Shown here: positions 44,667-55,069 of the stretch, piece after piece
Numbering within the stretch: the stretch's first letter is position 1
Layout: each line of letters begins with the position of its first letter
Source of the DNA: Candidatus Parcubacteria bacterium
Lineage (GTDB): Bacteria > Patescibacteriota > Patescibacteriia > CAIXNZ01
Assembly: GCA_026395685.1 (NCBI GenBank)
Contig: JAPLYG010000019.1
Span: 1 to 62,097, forward strand
Length of the DNA stretch: 62,097 nucleotides
Direction of reading: 5' to 3'
Translations under genes and position numbers: made by a program
The notes under the pieces: model-generated
Seen by the model: the letters and a program-made list of their open reading frames with translations, nothing else
Database searches by the model: none
What the model was told of the DNA's origin: nothing

Positions 44667-45731
44667 TTATTTTTTTTCTAGATAATTTGAATACTGCATT
44701 TCATAAATATGCAAAATGGTAATTGTTAAGGCGACTATTAATGGACCGAAAATCACGCCCCAGAAACCCATCATGCTGATGCCGCCGAAAATGGCGAAAA
44801 AAATTATCATGGGATGAACCTGGGCTTTGTTTTTAATCAAAATCGGCCTGATTACATTATCAATTAAACTGATAACCAATGCGCCCCAAATAAACATAAA
44901 AGCACCCTGCCAAATATGCCCGATAGCCAGCAGATAAATACAAGCCGGCAGCCACACAATAACAGTTCCGATATATGGCACGAATGAAAAGATAAAAATC
45001 AAGACAGCGGCAAGCAAGGGCGGCAGGCCTACAATCAAAAAGCCGACAGCGCCGACGGCAGCCTGGGCAAAAGCCGTGGCAAATGAGGCGACAATTGTGG
45101 TATAGCTGACATCATGAAATTTAATCCAAATCAACTTGTCATATTTATTGCTTAGCGGAGTCAGCTGCATAATGCGTCGCAATAAAGTACGTCCTTCGAT
45201 AAATAAGAAAAACATGGTAAAGAAAACGACAATTAAACTAATAATAAAATTTGTTAAGCCGGTAATCAAAGCTGAGGCGCCGCTGAGAACATAGCTTTTG
45301 GAAAAAGAGACTATATCAATCAAAAACTTTTGCATATCCACCAAAGCTGAGGTTTTAAAATTAATTTCCTGCCACAGCTTAGAATTGAAAAACTGGTTAA
45401 TTGCTTCACCGGCCCCATTTGTCGTCAAGGAAGAATATAAATTCAAAGCCTCGTAGGAAAGATAATACAAAAAGAAAGAAAACGGAATAATTAAAATTAA
45501 AAAAATCAGCAGACAAATAATGAATGATGATAATATAAGCTGACCCCTGGTCCAAAATACAATTTTCAGATATGCCTGATAAAAAATAGTAACTAGCACG
45601 CCGGCGATAATAATCTCATATAAAAAGGGCCTCAAGAGCAAATAGCATAAATACAAAATCCCCCCCAGGATAACAAGCAAGAAAATATTGGAAAAACTTT
45701 CTTTAGAAATAGCTGCTTTACCGTTAAGCAT
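44667..45731 (-). CDS. AI-2E family transporter (PerM/UPF0118)
   Basis: 354 aa with about 8 TM helices. The C-terminal LIDNVIRPIL...HP..IFFAI.GG motif is typical of the family. Confidence 0.75.
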   Translation of the reverse strand: MLNGKAAISKESFSNIFLLVILGGILYLCYLLLRPFLYEIIIAGVLVTIFYQAYLKIVFWTRGQLILSSFIICLLIFLILIIPFSFFLYYLSYEALNLYSSLTTNGAGEAINQFFNSKLWQEINFKTSALVDMQKFLIDIVSFSKSYVLSGASALITGLTNFIISLIVVFFTMFFLFIEGRTLLRRIMQLTPLSNKYDKLIWIKFHDVSYTTIVASFATAFAQAAVGAVGFLIVGLPPLLAAVLIFIFSFVPYIGTVIVWLPACIYLLAIGHIWQGAFMFIWGALVISLIDNVIRPILIKNKAQVHPMIIFFAIFGGISMMGFWGVIFGPLIVALTITILHIYEMQYSNYLEKK

Positions 45732-45866
45732 ATATTTTTTTATTAATGGTTATACTGTGTTAATTATAGCAAAATCTGGTAAATTTACCAAAAAAGGGAA
45801 CGCGTACTAACGTTCCCTACTTCAATATTGTATTTTACCGATAAGCTATAATAATTCTCTGAGCCC

Positions 45867-46622
45867 TTATTTAGTGATATCTACAATTCTCACCTCATTC
45901 ACTTTTTCCAATGTTTCCGGCGAATTCTTCTGATAATTTTTTACTGATTCTTCATAAACAGTATATTGAATCTTTTGATTATCAAGCCATTTAATATCAA
46001 AATGATTAGAAAGCGCGCCATAACCGCCGTTTAAGGTCTCTTTTTCACCTAGCGTTATAAGGGTTCTGGCCTGATCTTCAATCAGATTTAACAATTTTAA
46101 TTCTTTGGCTTCATTTGTTTCCAGGGCGACTGCCAACTTAGTCTGATCTGGCGATAAGATAAATGCGCCGAAATCAGTCAGCTCCTTGGAAACATCAAGT
46201 TTCTTACAGGTTTTATCCTGCAGATACAATAAATATAAACTGCTTATCGGCTTATCAGAACCCGGGTTTAATTTTGTTAAAATTACCTTCATTGAATTTT
46301 CCGGATGAGCATAAATCATAACTTCTGCACCGCAAAGCCGGGTTATGTCGTCAATATATATCTCCCCTGTGCTTTTCAGTAAAACCTTATTGATCATATT
46401 TTCCGGAGTCAAATCAAAAGTAAAATCAACCTGCTGATTGGAACCGGGCAAGCCATTTACAGCTGCGGGGACTTCATTGATTTTATTTACATTCTCATTA
46501 TCCCCCGGCTCTACCTGGACAGAACTCTGATTTAAATTGCTGTTTAAATTTACTTTGAGATTGCAACCCATTATCAGCATGCTTACCGCCAACAGCATAA
46601 ACGCAAATTTGATTTTTAACAT
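45867..46622 (-). CDS. Lipoprotein of unknown function
   Basis: 251 aa with lipobox LIMGC. Confidence 0.55.
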   Translation of the reverse strand: MLKIKFAFMLLAVSMLIMGCNLKVNLNSNLNQSSVQVEPGDNENVNKINEVPAAVNGLPGSNQQVDFTFDLTPENMINKVLLKSTGEIYIDDITRLCGAEVMIYAHPENSMKVILTKLNPGSDKPISSLYLLYLQDKTCKKLDVSKELTDFGAFILSPDQTKLAVALETNEAKELKLLNLIEDQARTLITLGEKETLNGGYGALSNHFDIKWLDNQKIQYTVYEESVKNYQKNSPETLEKVNEVRIVDITK

Positions 46623-46723
46623 AGTATTGTTTATTAATTATTCAGTTATTTATTAAAATATGGTATATAAGGTTTGGGTTTGGAAGCTAGCAGGTTACTA
46701 GTAAGTGGGTTGAGTGCTGAAAA

Positions 46724-47110
46724 TTATTTTTTCATACTGTGCCAGCCGATACCAAGACAGTATATCTGCCTACTTATTCTATCATATTCTAGGATTAAAT
46801 AATTTACAAGATCCATCTTGATATTATAAATGTCCCTAACTTGTTCCAAACTAACAAGTGTTTCATTTGATTCTGCTAACGCGTCGTCCAGATATTTCTG
46901 AAATCCTCTTTTCTGATGACGTTTGCTATAGCCCTCCGCAATAAGACGAGGAATAGCCTTACAAGATCTGCTAAGCTGTAATTTCAAATCGTATCTTTCA
47001 TCTTCGGGAAAACCCATTAATAAATCTTTCATTATTAAAAGCATTGCATTATATGAAGAATTGTAAACAATAAGATCTCTAAATGATTTTATACTATTCT
47101 TATTAATCAT
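46724..47110 (-). CDS. Four-helix-bundle protein (23S rRNA intervening-sequence protein family)
   Basis: 128 aa. FRDLIVY..S......I......P..E.Y.L..QL.RS..AI...IAEGY is the typical signature. Confidence 0.7.
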   Translation of the reverse strand: MINKNSIKSFRDLIVYNSSYNAMLLIMKDLLMGFPEDERYDLKLQLSRSCKAIPRLIAEGYSKRHQKRGFQKYLDDALAESNETLVSLEQVRDIYNIKMDLVNYLILEYDRISRQIYCLGIGWHSMKK

Positions 47111-47211
47111 AATATTTATTAATAATTATTCCAGCATCATTACCCCTACACTATACACTTTTTTAAAAAGCCTCCATCTAATTACAGACAGAGGCTTTAT
47201 TTATTTTTCAT

Positions 47212-49896
47212 TCAATATAGTCGCTTTTTAAGCCGTCTAGTAATTTGGCTCAACCCCATTAAAAGGCCGGGCGATAAAATAATGAGGTAATTGATACTGG
47301 CAGTCGGCCGATCCATTGCCTCATCAGATACGCGGCAGCCCAATCCAGATACATCGCCTTTGACATTAACGTCAATCGTGAAGCGACGTCCGTCAGATGT
47401 GTCTCCATCATCAATAGGCGGGATAATTGTATCACCGCTATTGGGATCAACAATCAGATTGAAAACCAGATTGGTTCCTCCCTGATGGTTATCCAGAGCC
47501 GTAGTAATTTCTACGCCGTCAACAAACAAATGCTGGTCGGGCATTATTCCGTACCAAGCGCCAATCCACTGGCCGTCTTCAAATTCCACATTGCAGTATA
47601 CACTGCCGGAATCAATGACGCCCACGGTGGCTTCTACAATTCCATTATCAAATATGGGGTTTTTCTTCTCCAGATCCAAACCATAACAAATCAAACGCGG
47701 AGAAGAGTATGTTCCCTGATACTCGAAAGTCAAACTGCCATTGCAGGTAAGAGTTTGCAAAGAAGCAGCAGTATTGCCGTCTTCAGGCGGCAATGCCGGT
47801 CCGCCACCGATACCTAACTCCCCTTCATAAGCCAGGATCAAGGAATCCAGCGCAACTTTTTCCACCGGATAATCAGTGGGCAAAATTTTCTGTCCGATTG
47901 AATATGTGGGTCCGGCCTTGAATTCAAAACTGCCCAAGTAAACCTTTTGGTTTAAATCATTGTTTGTTTGATCCAGTGTTATTGCATAAGGATTATCGTA
48001 GTTTGGACTGCTATGCCAGATTTCGTAATGAATGCCTTTGGCCTGGCCATAGTTGCGCGGCAACATGACATAAACAGCATAAGTGCCGTCAACTGGCAAT
48101 TTAAAATCCCAGGATGACAAAGTATAATTGTCAGAATCAGTAGTCCAAATGTAATTGGACCAACCAACAGCTGCTAAAGGCAAACCCTCATAAAGCCTGG
48201 CCTGACGCTGCCATAAAGACGGATTAAAATTCAGGTAGACACTGCGCGAGCTTATTCGGTCATAACTATGAACAATAATATTAAATGGAGCATCCATTGT
48301 CATATTATTGTCAATAAATTCCAGCGGATCGACAAAATGTGTCAAAAAGCTTGAGTCATCAAGCAGCGTATAGCCATGTCCGAGCTGGTCATAGCCATTG
48401 ATGCGAATTTCAAAGTGCAGATGGGGAGAATAAATTCCGCCGCCATCACCGACTGTGCCGATTTGCCAGCCTTTTTTTAACCAGGTCTGACGTTTGACCA
48501 GATTATTCTTTTCAATCGTACTGCCGTCATCTTTTTTGATCACCCTGATTTCATCAAGATGGGCATAAAGCACAAAAATTTCTGACACCGTAGTGCCGTC
48601 ACTCAATATAAAAGTATGATCCGGGCCTGACTGGATGCGCAAGATAAGGAAATTACCCCAACCGTCTACCCAGCCAAAATCCCAGAGCAAGGCATTGCCA
48701 ATGGCATAAAGCGGAGCACCCAAATCATTGACTGCGCGCAAATTCAAATCACTGCCATTATGGCATTTGGCGGGATAAGCGAAGATTGAACCAAATGGCT
48801 GATAGTCATAACAAGCGCCTGTAGGAATTTTCGTATCCTGTTCCCAGCGATAAATTTTATCGCAAGCCAAGGGATACATAAAACTCGCAGCGTAACGATA
48901 ATCTTCAACCGATAATTCTGTAAGAGTAATGGAAACTTCCTGTGCTTCACTGTTCAGCTGCCCTTTATAGGCAAAAAGACGATAGGTGTAAACTTTGCCA
49001 TACTCCAGGTTCAAGTCACTGTAAGAAAGAGCCTCAGCAGCTAGTGAAGCTAAAAATTGCTCATTGCGGTACAGTTTAAATCCATCTTCAGCCGTGGCAT
49101 TATATTGCCACGATAAATTCACATTCTTGTTATTTGCCACTGCCTTGAAGTTGCTGGGGCTGGCCGGCGGAAGAATCTCCGGAGGCGGCGCCGGCAAATC
49201 AAGAGCAATGGTAATTGGTCCGTGAGGTTCGTAGGCAATATTCCCGGCCTTATCTCTGGCCCATAATGTCAGAGTATACAAACCTTCGCAGGGCGCAGTA
49301 AGATTGTAATCAATGCTAGTTGCTGAAAATTCCTTGTAATACTGGTTATTAATGCCTGAGGGCAGCCAGCCGGAAAGCGCACAATTATCAGCGGGGGTAA
49401 CCGCATAAATCCGCAAAGAGTCAACGCCGCTTAAATTATCACCTGAAGCGACTTTAATGCTAATCGGATTCTGGTAATAAACCGTAGCGTCAGACACATT
49501 AACAAATTGGGCGTCAGGCAACAGATCATCTGCAGTCACTTCCACCTGAGGACCATAGTCCCAGGTATTATCACTGCGAAAGACCCAGTAGGTAATCATA
49601 AATTTCTGATTACTAAGTCCATCCAGCCTCCACATCACCCGCTGGTTTATTGAGGTCAAGTCATAATACCACCAGCCATTGCCGGCATCTTTCCAGCCGG
49701 TGTTTTGGCCCTGCAAATTATTGCTTAAGCCTTTGGCATATGCCCGCCAGCGCACGAAACCCGATGCGTTATTGACACCGAATTCAATGCCGCTTTCGTT
49801 CGTTGGATTTTTCTTGACATACATGTCATGCGCCATTGCCGCGTTTGTGGTTAGAAGCAGACCAAGCACTAAAACCGCCAGAAAAACTTTCTTCAT
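47212..49896 (-). CDS. Large secreted M23 metallopeptidase-domain protein with an FN3 domain and a C-terminal hydrophobic/basic tail
   Basis: 894 aa. Signal peptide, FN3-like segment, M23 motifs HNGSD and HLHFE, and C-terminal ...INYLIILSPGLLMGLSQITRRLKKRLY. More GC-rich than its neighbours. Confidence 0.75.
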   Translation of the reverse strand: MKKVFLAVLVLGLLLTTNAAMAHDMYVKKNPTNESGIEFGVNNASGFVRWRAYAKGLSNNLQGQNTGWKDAGNGWWYYDLTSINQRVMWRLDGLSNQKFMITYWVFRSDNTWDYGPQVEVTADDLLPDAQFVNVSDATVYYQNPISIKVASGDNLSGVDSLRIYAVTPADNCALSGWLPSGINNQYYKEFSATSIDYNLTAPCEGLYTLTLWARDKAGNIAYEPHGPITIALDLPAPPPEILPPASPSNFKAVANNKNVNLSWQYNATAEDGFKLYRNEQFLASLAAEALSYSDLNLEYGKVYTYRLFAYKGQLNSEAQEVSITLTELSVEDYRYAASFMYPLACDKIYRWEQDTKIPTGACYDYQPFGSIFAYPAKCHNGSDLNLRAVNDLGAPLYAIGNALLWDFGWVDGWGNFLILRIQSGPDHTFILSDGTTVSEIFVLYAHLDEIRVIKKDDGSTIEKNNLVKRQTWLKKGWQIGTVGDGGGIYSPHLHFEIRINGYDQLGHGYTLLDDSSFLTHFVDPLEFIDNNMTMDAPFNIIVHSYDRISSRSVYLNFNPSLWQRQARLYEGLPLAAVGWSNYIWTTDSDNYTLSSWDFKLPVDGTYAVYVMLPRNYGQAKGIHYEIWHSSPNYDNPYAITLDQTNNDLNQKVYLGSFEFKAGPTYSIGQKILPTDYPVEKVALDSLILAYEGELGIGGGPALPPEDGNTAASLQTLTCNGSLTFEYQGTYSSPRLICYGLDLEKKNPIFDNGIVEATVGVIDSGSVYCNVEFEDGQWIGAWYGIMPDQHLFVDGVEITTALDNHQGGTNLVFNLIVDPNSGDTIIPPIDDGDTSDGRRFTIDVNVKGDVSGLGCRVSDEAMDRPTASINYLIILSPGLLMGLSQITRRLKKRLY

Positions 49897-50276
49897 CGCA
49901 GTACCCCTTTTAGAGTTTGCCGGGGAAATTTACCGGTACTAAGTTATCCAGACACAATACCGGCTTTCCCTTAAATTTTGTTTCTGAGTTAAACAGTTAC
50001 GCGCCTTTGCCAATAATTTTAATCCTCCCTTTAAAAATAGATTGCTTAAAAGTAACATATTATATTTTCAAAGTCCCCCTTTTTCTTAAGTATTTATTCC
50101 TACTGTTACCATATCAAATCTAAAATTGCGAACAATATTTTTTTTATAATAATTTTGTTAACTGACATTAACATAAAAAAAGCCCTACTGATATTGCCTT
50201 AAAATCATTGAATAATCAAAACAAAAAGGCTGTTAACTTTCATTAACAGCCTCATGTGGATAAATATCTTATTATT

Positions 50277-51980
50277 TTACATTTCCTCCAAAACCGGCAA
50301 ACCCAGCAGCTCCATTCCGTTATTTATTACCTGATTAATGCTTTTAAGCAAAAGCAATCGGCTCGAACGAATTTCAGGCTCGGCTTTTAAAACAGGCAGC
50401 TCATGATAAAAAGCATTAAAATCCTGAGCAAGCTTATAAAGATACTGGGATAAGGCGGCGGGATCATTGCTGGAGATTACAGCTGCTAATATTTCGGGGT
50501 AAGCCAGCAAATCTTTAATTAAAGTTTTTTCAGCATTAGCCTGCAACTTCTTGTAATCAGCTTTGATCTTTTGTTTACCGGCTTTCTTTAAAACAGAATT
50601 CATTCGAGCCACAGTATACTGTAAATATGGACCGGAAAATCCGGCCGTATCTAGCGCTGATTCCAGATCAAAAGTTAAAATTTTATCATTGCTGTTTTTG
50701 AGCATGCCAAATCTCAAAGCAGCCATTACAATTTTCAAACTGACTTCCTTAATTTTTATATCCGACCAGAGCGGATGGCGCTTTTGTGTTTCTTCAATTG
50801 CCTTATTTAAAGCTGCTTCTTTAACTTCCTCGTAAGTGATGACATTGCCGGAACGGGAAGAAATAATGCCTGATTTTAATTGCACAAATTCATAAGGGAC
50901 ATGAATCATTTCCTTATTAAAGCCCATTAACTGTAAAATTTTAAAAATCTGTTTCAGATATTGAGACTGGCGGATATCAATCAGGTAGATGCTACGGCTG
51001 ATTTTATATTTCTTGAATTTTTTAATGGCCAAGGGCAGATCCTTAATACCGTAAAGCGCAGTTCCGTCTTTTCTTAGGAGCACCAATACGCCTAAATTAT
51101 ATTCATTTAAATCAGCAATCAAAGCGCCCTGGCTTTTTTTAATAAAAGGATATTTTAAAAGCAAAGCAGACATTTTCGAGCTTTGTTTTTCTTCTTCGCT
51201 TTCATAAAAAACAACATCGAACTCAACTCCTAATTCCTGATAAACCTCATTAAATAAGTCCAGGCTCCATTGTCGTGTTTGCTGCCATAATTTTGTCAGC
51301 TCTGGATCTCCTGATTCTAATTTTTTTAATAACTCCTGTGCCTGTTCCTGATATGCTTCATTTTCTTTTATCTTTTTAACAGCCGCAGTATATGACTGGC
51401 CTAGAAATTCGCCTAATTCCCGCCTGCCCGCAGGATAATCAGTCTGGTTCACGTAATTTTGCAGATACCATAAAGTTTTGGCCACATGAGCGCCCGTATC
51501 GCCGATATAATTTGCGGCGATAACTTTATATCCGCTCGCCCGATAAAGATTAACTAAAGCTGCGCCAATACAAATATTACGCAGATGCCCGATATGCAAT
51601 TCCTTATGGGTATTGGGCTGGGAAAATTCAATCATTACTCTTTGGGCTTTACCGGCCTTGCTTTGGCCATACTTATTCTTTTGCTTCAAAATTTCAGCAA
51701 TGGTAAGCTGGGCAGCTTTTTCATAATCAATAGTAAAATTTACATACGGGCCAACTGCCTTTACCTGAGCAATTAATTCGCCGACGGTTAATTTGGCCGC
51801 GATTTCTTTGGCCACTGTGGCCGGAGACTTTTTTAGTTCTTTGGACAAATTAAAAAGAGGCAAGCCAAAATCACCCATTTCCTCTGATGGCGGGATTTCT
51901 AAATCATCGGCTTTGATCTTAATCTGCTCTTTCTTCAGAATAGCGACGATTTGCTCTTTAATCTTGGCATTTAGATTCAT
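50277..51980 (-). CDS. argS: Arginyl-tRNA synthetase
   Basis: 567 aa. HIGHLRN motif, ArgRS N-terminal domain, and DALR anticodon-binding C-terminus. Confidence 0.9.
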   Translation of the reverse strand: MNLNAKIKEQIVAILKKEQIKIKADDLEIPPSEEMGDFGLPLFNLSKELKKSPATVAKEIAAKLTVGELIAQVKAVGPYVNFTIDYEKAAQLTIAEILKQKNKYGQSKAGKAQRVMIEFSQPNTHKELHIGHLRNICIGAALVNLYRASGYKVIAANYIGDTGAHVAKTLWYLQNYVNQTDYPAGRRELGEFLGQSYTAAVKKIKENEAYQEQAQELLKKLESGDPELTKLWQQTRQWSLDLFNEVYQELGVEFDVVFYESEEEKQSSKMSALLLKYPFIKKSQGALIADLNEYNLGVLVLLRKDGTALYGIKDLPLAIKKFKKYKISRSIYLIDIRQSQYLKQIFKILQLMGFNKEMIHVPYEFVQLKSGIISSRSGNVITYEEVKEAALNKAIEETQKRHPLWSDIKIKEVSLKIVMAALRFGMLKNSNDKILTFDLESALDTAGFSGPYLQYTVARMNSVLKKAGKQKIKADYKKLQANAEKTLIKDLLAYPEILAAVISSNDPAALSQYLYKLAQDFNAFYHELPVLKAEPEIRSSRLLLLKSINQVINNGMELLGLPVLEEM

Positions 51981-52059
51981 AAGCTTCTATCTTAATTTTA
52001 CTCAATAATTAGCCTTTAGTCAAAACTATTACTAATTAATAATATATAGGTTCTCAATA

Positions 52060-52088
52060 TTGACAAAAGATACAATCTATGCTACTAT
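52060..52088 (+). promoter_or_regulatory. Sigma70-type promoter (TTGACA-N17-TACTAT, TGC extended -10)
   Basis: TTGACA at 52060-52065 and TACTAT at 52083-52088. About 160 nt of leader precedes the ORF. Confidence 0.5.
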
Positions 52089-52248
52089 TATATAACCGGA
52101 TTTATCTAGTTGTTATTTCAAAATATAGTGTCATTGGCTTGATGCTTTTGAGCACTTGGTTAATACTTTGGATTGAATCAACAACCAAATGAATTTGTTC
52201 CTGCCCCATTCATGAAGGCAGGCGGAGACTCATTGAAGGAGGAAAAAA

Positions 52249-53049
52249 ATGACTGCCAACAATCAACTGACATGGGGACAAAAACTGGCGTTGTTTGCGC
52301 ATAAAGTTCAAAATCTCGATGGCTCTTATGCGCCTTGGGTTCATCTGGGGATATTCCTTGGCCCCATGGCAATTTGCTTTATCTTATGCCTTATCCATTT
52401 TGAACATTCGGATATTGGCGAGTGGAAGAGGCTGAAAATGCTTGGTGTCCCTATTCTAGGTTGGGTATTCATCGTGTTCATCGCCGTAGCGTACTGCGAA
52501 AAGTTATTCATGAGATATTTTGTGGACAGCGGGGACAGCATCGGGCGGAAGGTGATTTTGGAGGTCGATTCTACAACCGACAAAGTAGTTGCCAGTACTC
52601 AAGGCCAGATTTTGACTAAGGCGCAGAAAACCGGCAACTACGTTTATTATATTGGGGATTTGAGCTGGTATAATAAGGACGGACTTCAAAAAATGGCTGA
52701 AATTGTCGGCGCCGACTTTCGTCTTTCGCTGGCCATTAATCTTAACTTCAAGGTTAATAGTCAGTTCATTACCCAAGAGGTTTACGACCTTTTGGCCAAG
52801 CCGGAAATTAGCCTGATAAACTATTTCAATAAACAATTTGAACAGGCTATTTCCAAACAGCAGGCAGACCTGGTCACGCTGGCGAGAACCTATCTTCGGG
52901 AGGAAATTACTAAATTCACCTTCCTTACGGAAGTTTTGAGATTGATCGAAGTTGACCATGACTTTTCAAATTTGGAGGTTCTCCTGTCATGCGCAGAGAA
53001 TCCCATTCAGGTGAATTTCTACCCTAAGGTAAAGATTGCCGCCGCCTAA
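52249..53049 (+). CDS. Hypothetical membrane protein (2 TM helices plus a soluble C-terminal domain)
   Basis: 266 aa. RBS GAAGGAGG. Terminator GGGACGCG...CGCGTCC plus T6 at about 53065-53098. Confidence 0.55.
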   Translation: MTANNQLTWGQKLALFAHKVQNLDGSYAPWVHLGIFLGPMAICFILCLIHFEHSDIGEWKRLKMLGVPILGWVFIVFIAVAYCEKLFMRYFVDSGDSIGRKVILEVDSTTDKVVASTQGQILTKAQKTGNYVYYIGDLSWYNKDGLQKMAEIVGADFRLSLAINLNFKVNSQFITQEVYDLLAKPEISLINYFNKQFEQAISKQQADLVTLARTYLREEITKFTFLTEVLRLIEVDHDFSNLEVLLSCAENPIQVNFYPKVKIAAA

Positions 53050-53228
53050 ACGGCGACTTCAATGGAACGGGACGCGAAAACAACATCGCGTCCTTTTTTA
53101 TTAATGCGAATATAATTAGATTATCTGCGAATTTACGAATTATATATAGAAGATAACACTTTTTAGCTATCTTTAGCATAAATTCTAATTGTTTTACTGT
53201 CCAAAGTTGTTAAAGAACCTTACTGGTA

Positions 53229-53257
53229 TTGACTTTATTGCGATTATATGCTATGAT
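53229..53257 (+). promoter_or_regulatory. Sigma70-type promoter (TTGACT-N17-TATGAT, TGC extended -10)
   Basis: TTGACT at 53229-53234 and TATGAT at 53252-53257. Confidence 0.5.
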
Positions 53258-53335
53258 ATAATCATCTTTAAATACAATCTTTGTACATTTATATCATTCA
53301 CAGCACAACCAACCCAAGCAGAGTAGGAGAAAAAA

Positions 53336-53824
53336 ATGAAAAAAGCGATTTTGGTCATCGGTTTCGTGACGATGGTTCTGACTTTCAACGGCTGCAACAA
53401 ACCACAGGAAGTCAACATCATGGGCATTCGACCCGGCATCGACGACTACGAAGTCGTCAACAATACCCTGGCCAAACCAATGGCGACGGTCGAAGAAGAA
53501 AATCTCAAACAAACTATCCACCCTGTCGCCCAAAACAAAGCCGCCTTCGTCACGGTCAACTATAACCAAGACTACCAAGTCAAGTCTGTCAGCTACTGGA
53601 GCTCCAATGGACTCTCCGAATCCAGAAACTGGGAAGAAGCGGCTAATTTTGCCCGCTTCATGCTCAAGCTACGAGCCCAGAACTTCAGATTGGAGTTCTG
53701 CAACTGCGAGACGACGGACAACACCGCCTCTCGCACCCTGACCTGCACCGATGACGGAAATATTTACCGCTTCAGCTACACCTACAACTTGGAGTACAGT
53801 GAAAGCAAGATCGAAAAGATCTGA
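53336..53824 (+). CDS. GC-rich lipoprotein of unknown function
   Basis: 162 aa. RBS GGAGAA. Signal peptide ending in LTFNGC. G/C-ending codons. Terminator AGGCTCGCG-CAATGT-CGCGAGCCT plus T8. Confidence 0.6.
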   Translation: MKKAILVIGFVTMVLTFNGCNKPQEVNIMGIRPGIDDYEVVNNTLAKPMATVEEENLKQTIHPVAQNKAAFVTVNYNQDYQVKSVSYWSSNGLSESRNWEEAANFARFMLKLRAQNFRLEFCNCETTDNTASRTLTCTDDGNIYRFSYTYNLEYSESKIEKI

Positions 53825-53907
53825 AAGATCTACCAACACCCAACCAGGCTCGCGCAATGTCGCGAGCCTTTTTTTTATTATTGCTATTATTATTTTATAC
53901 CGATTTG

Positions 53908-54426
53908 CTATTTAACTTTCGCCAATAAATATTCGTCAATAAACTTCCCTTTCTTTTTGGCGGCTTTTTTCAGTATGCCTTCAAGCTTAAAGCCATTTTT
54001 TTCCAAAACAATTTTTGAACCGGGATTATAAATGAATACTTTAGCGTAGATCCTTTTTAATTTAAACTTTTTAAATCCGTAGGCGGTAGTCTTTTTTACA
54101 ACATTAGTCATTATGCCATTTCCCCAATAAACCGGAGCCAGCCAGTAGCCGATTTCCGCCTGATGGCCGGGCTCAATTTTATGCAACCCGACACTTCCCG
54201 CGATTTTCCCGTCAATTTCAATGCCCAAAACCAAAGACCCGGGATTCTTAATTTTATAATTAGGCAAAGTCTTTTTAAGAAAAATAAGTGCGTCACTTTT
54301 TTTATAAGGAAAAATCTGCAAAGCAAGATTTCGGATAATTCTCCAGTCATTTATCTTTTTCGCCAAGTCATCCGCATCTGACATTCTATATGGACGCAAG
54401 ACAAATTGTTTAGTTTTAATAATCAT
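53908..54426 (-). CDS. GNAT family N-acetyltransferase (RimJ-like)
   Basis: 172 aa with the WGNGIMT ... KNGFKLEG pattern. Confidence 0.7.
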   Translation of the reverse strand: MIIKTKQFVLRPYRMSDADDLAKKINDWRIIRNLALQIFPYKKSDALIFLKKTLPNYKIKNPGSLVLGIEIDGKIAGSVGLHKIEPGHQAEIGYWLAPVYWGNGIMTNVVKKTTAYGFKKFKLKRIYAKVFIYNPGSKIVLEKNGFKLEGILKKAAKKKGKFIDEYLLAKVK

Positions 54427-54500
54427 AAAATATTTTTAATAATTAATCATCTTCTAAAATTAACATAATCTGATTTAACATGCTATACTTTTAATATATC

Positions 54501-55010
54501 ATGACTTTTATGCAAATACCTAAAAGAAGATCCGAACAAAACAGCCAAAATGCTGTTGATCCCTATATCACAGCGCAAAAAGCAGCTGAGCTCAAAAAAG
54601 AGCTGGAGCGTTTAATTAAAATTGTACGGCCGAGGCTCAGTGAAGAAGTCGCTGAACATGCCAAGCTGGGTGACTTTTCCGAAAATGCCGCCTATCAGAT
54701 TGCCAAGGGCAAATTGCGAGGTATCAACCACCGCATTATGGTACTGGAAGACATGTTAAATAACGCTGAAATTATTGACCAATCTGCCACAGGCAACTGT
54801 GTGCGCATCGGCAGCAAAGTTACGGTGCAAATCAATGGCGCAAAAAAAATCTTCCAAATTCTAGGTTCTCAGGAAACAGACCCGAGCCGCGGCATCATTT
54901 CTTACCTCTCGCCTATCGGCTTTGCTTTGCTTGGCCATAAAGTAAATGATGAAGTTAAAATTGAGATCAATGACAGAATCGTGATTTATAAAATAATTGA
55001 GATTAAATAA
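54501..55010 (+). CDS. greA: Transcription elongation factor GreA
   Basis: 169 aa. Coiled-coil N-terminus with GDFSENAAY and a C-terminal FKBP-like domain (VRIGSKV...ISYLSPIG.ALLG). Confidence 0.85.
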   Translation: MTFMQIPKRRSEQNSQNAVDPYITAQKAAELKKELERLIKIVRPRLSEEVAEHAKLGDFSENAAYQIAKGKLRGINHRIMVLEDMLNNAEIIDQSATGNCVRIGSKVTVQINGAKKIFQILGSQETDPSRGIISYLSPIGFALLGHKVNDEVKIEINDRIVIYKIIEIK

Positions 55011-55069
55011 GATTTAATTAAAAAAGAGGCATCCTCAGACAGTCTCTTTTTTTTATATTTTTCCAATTT

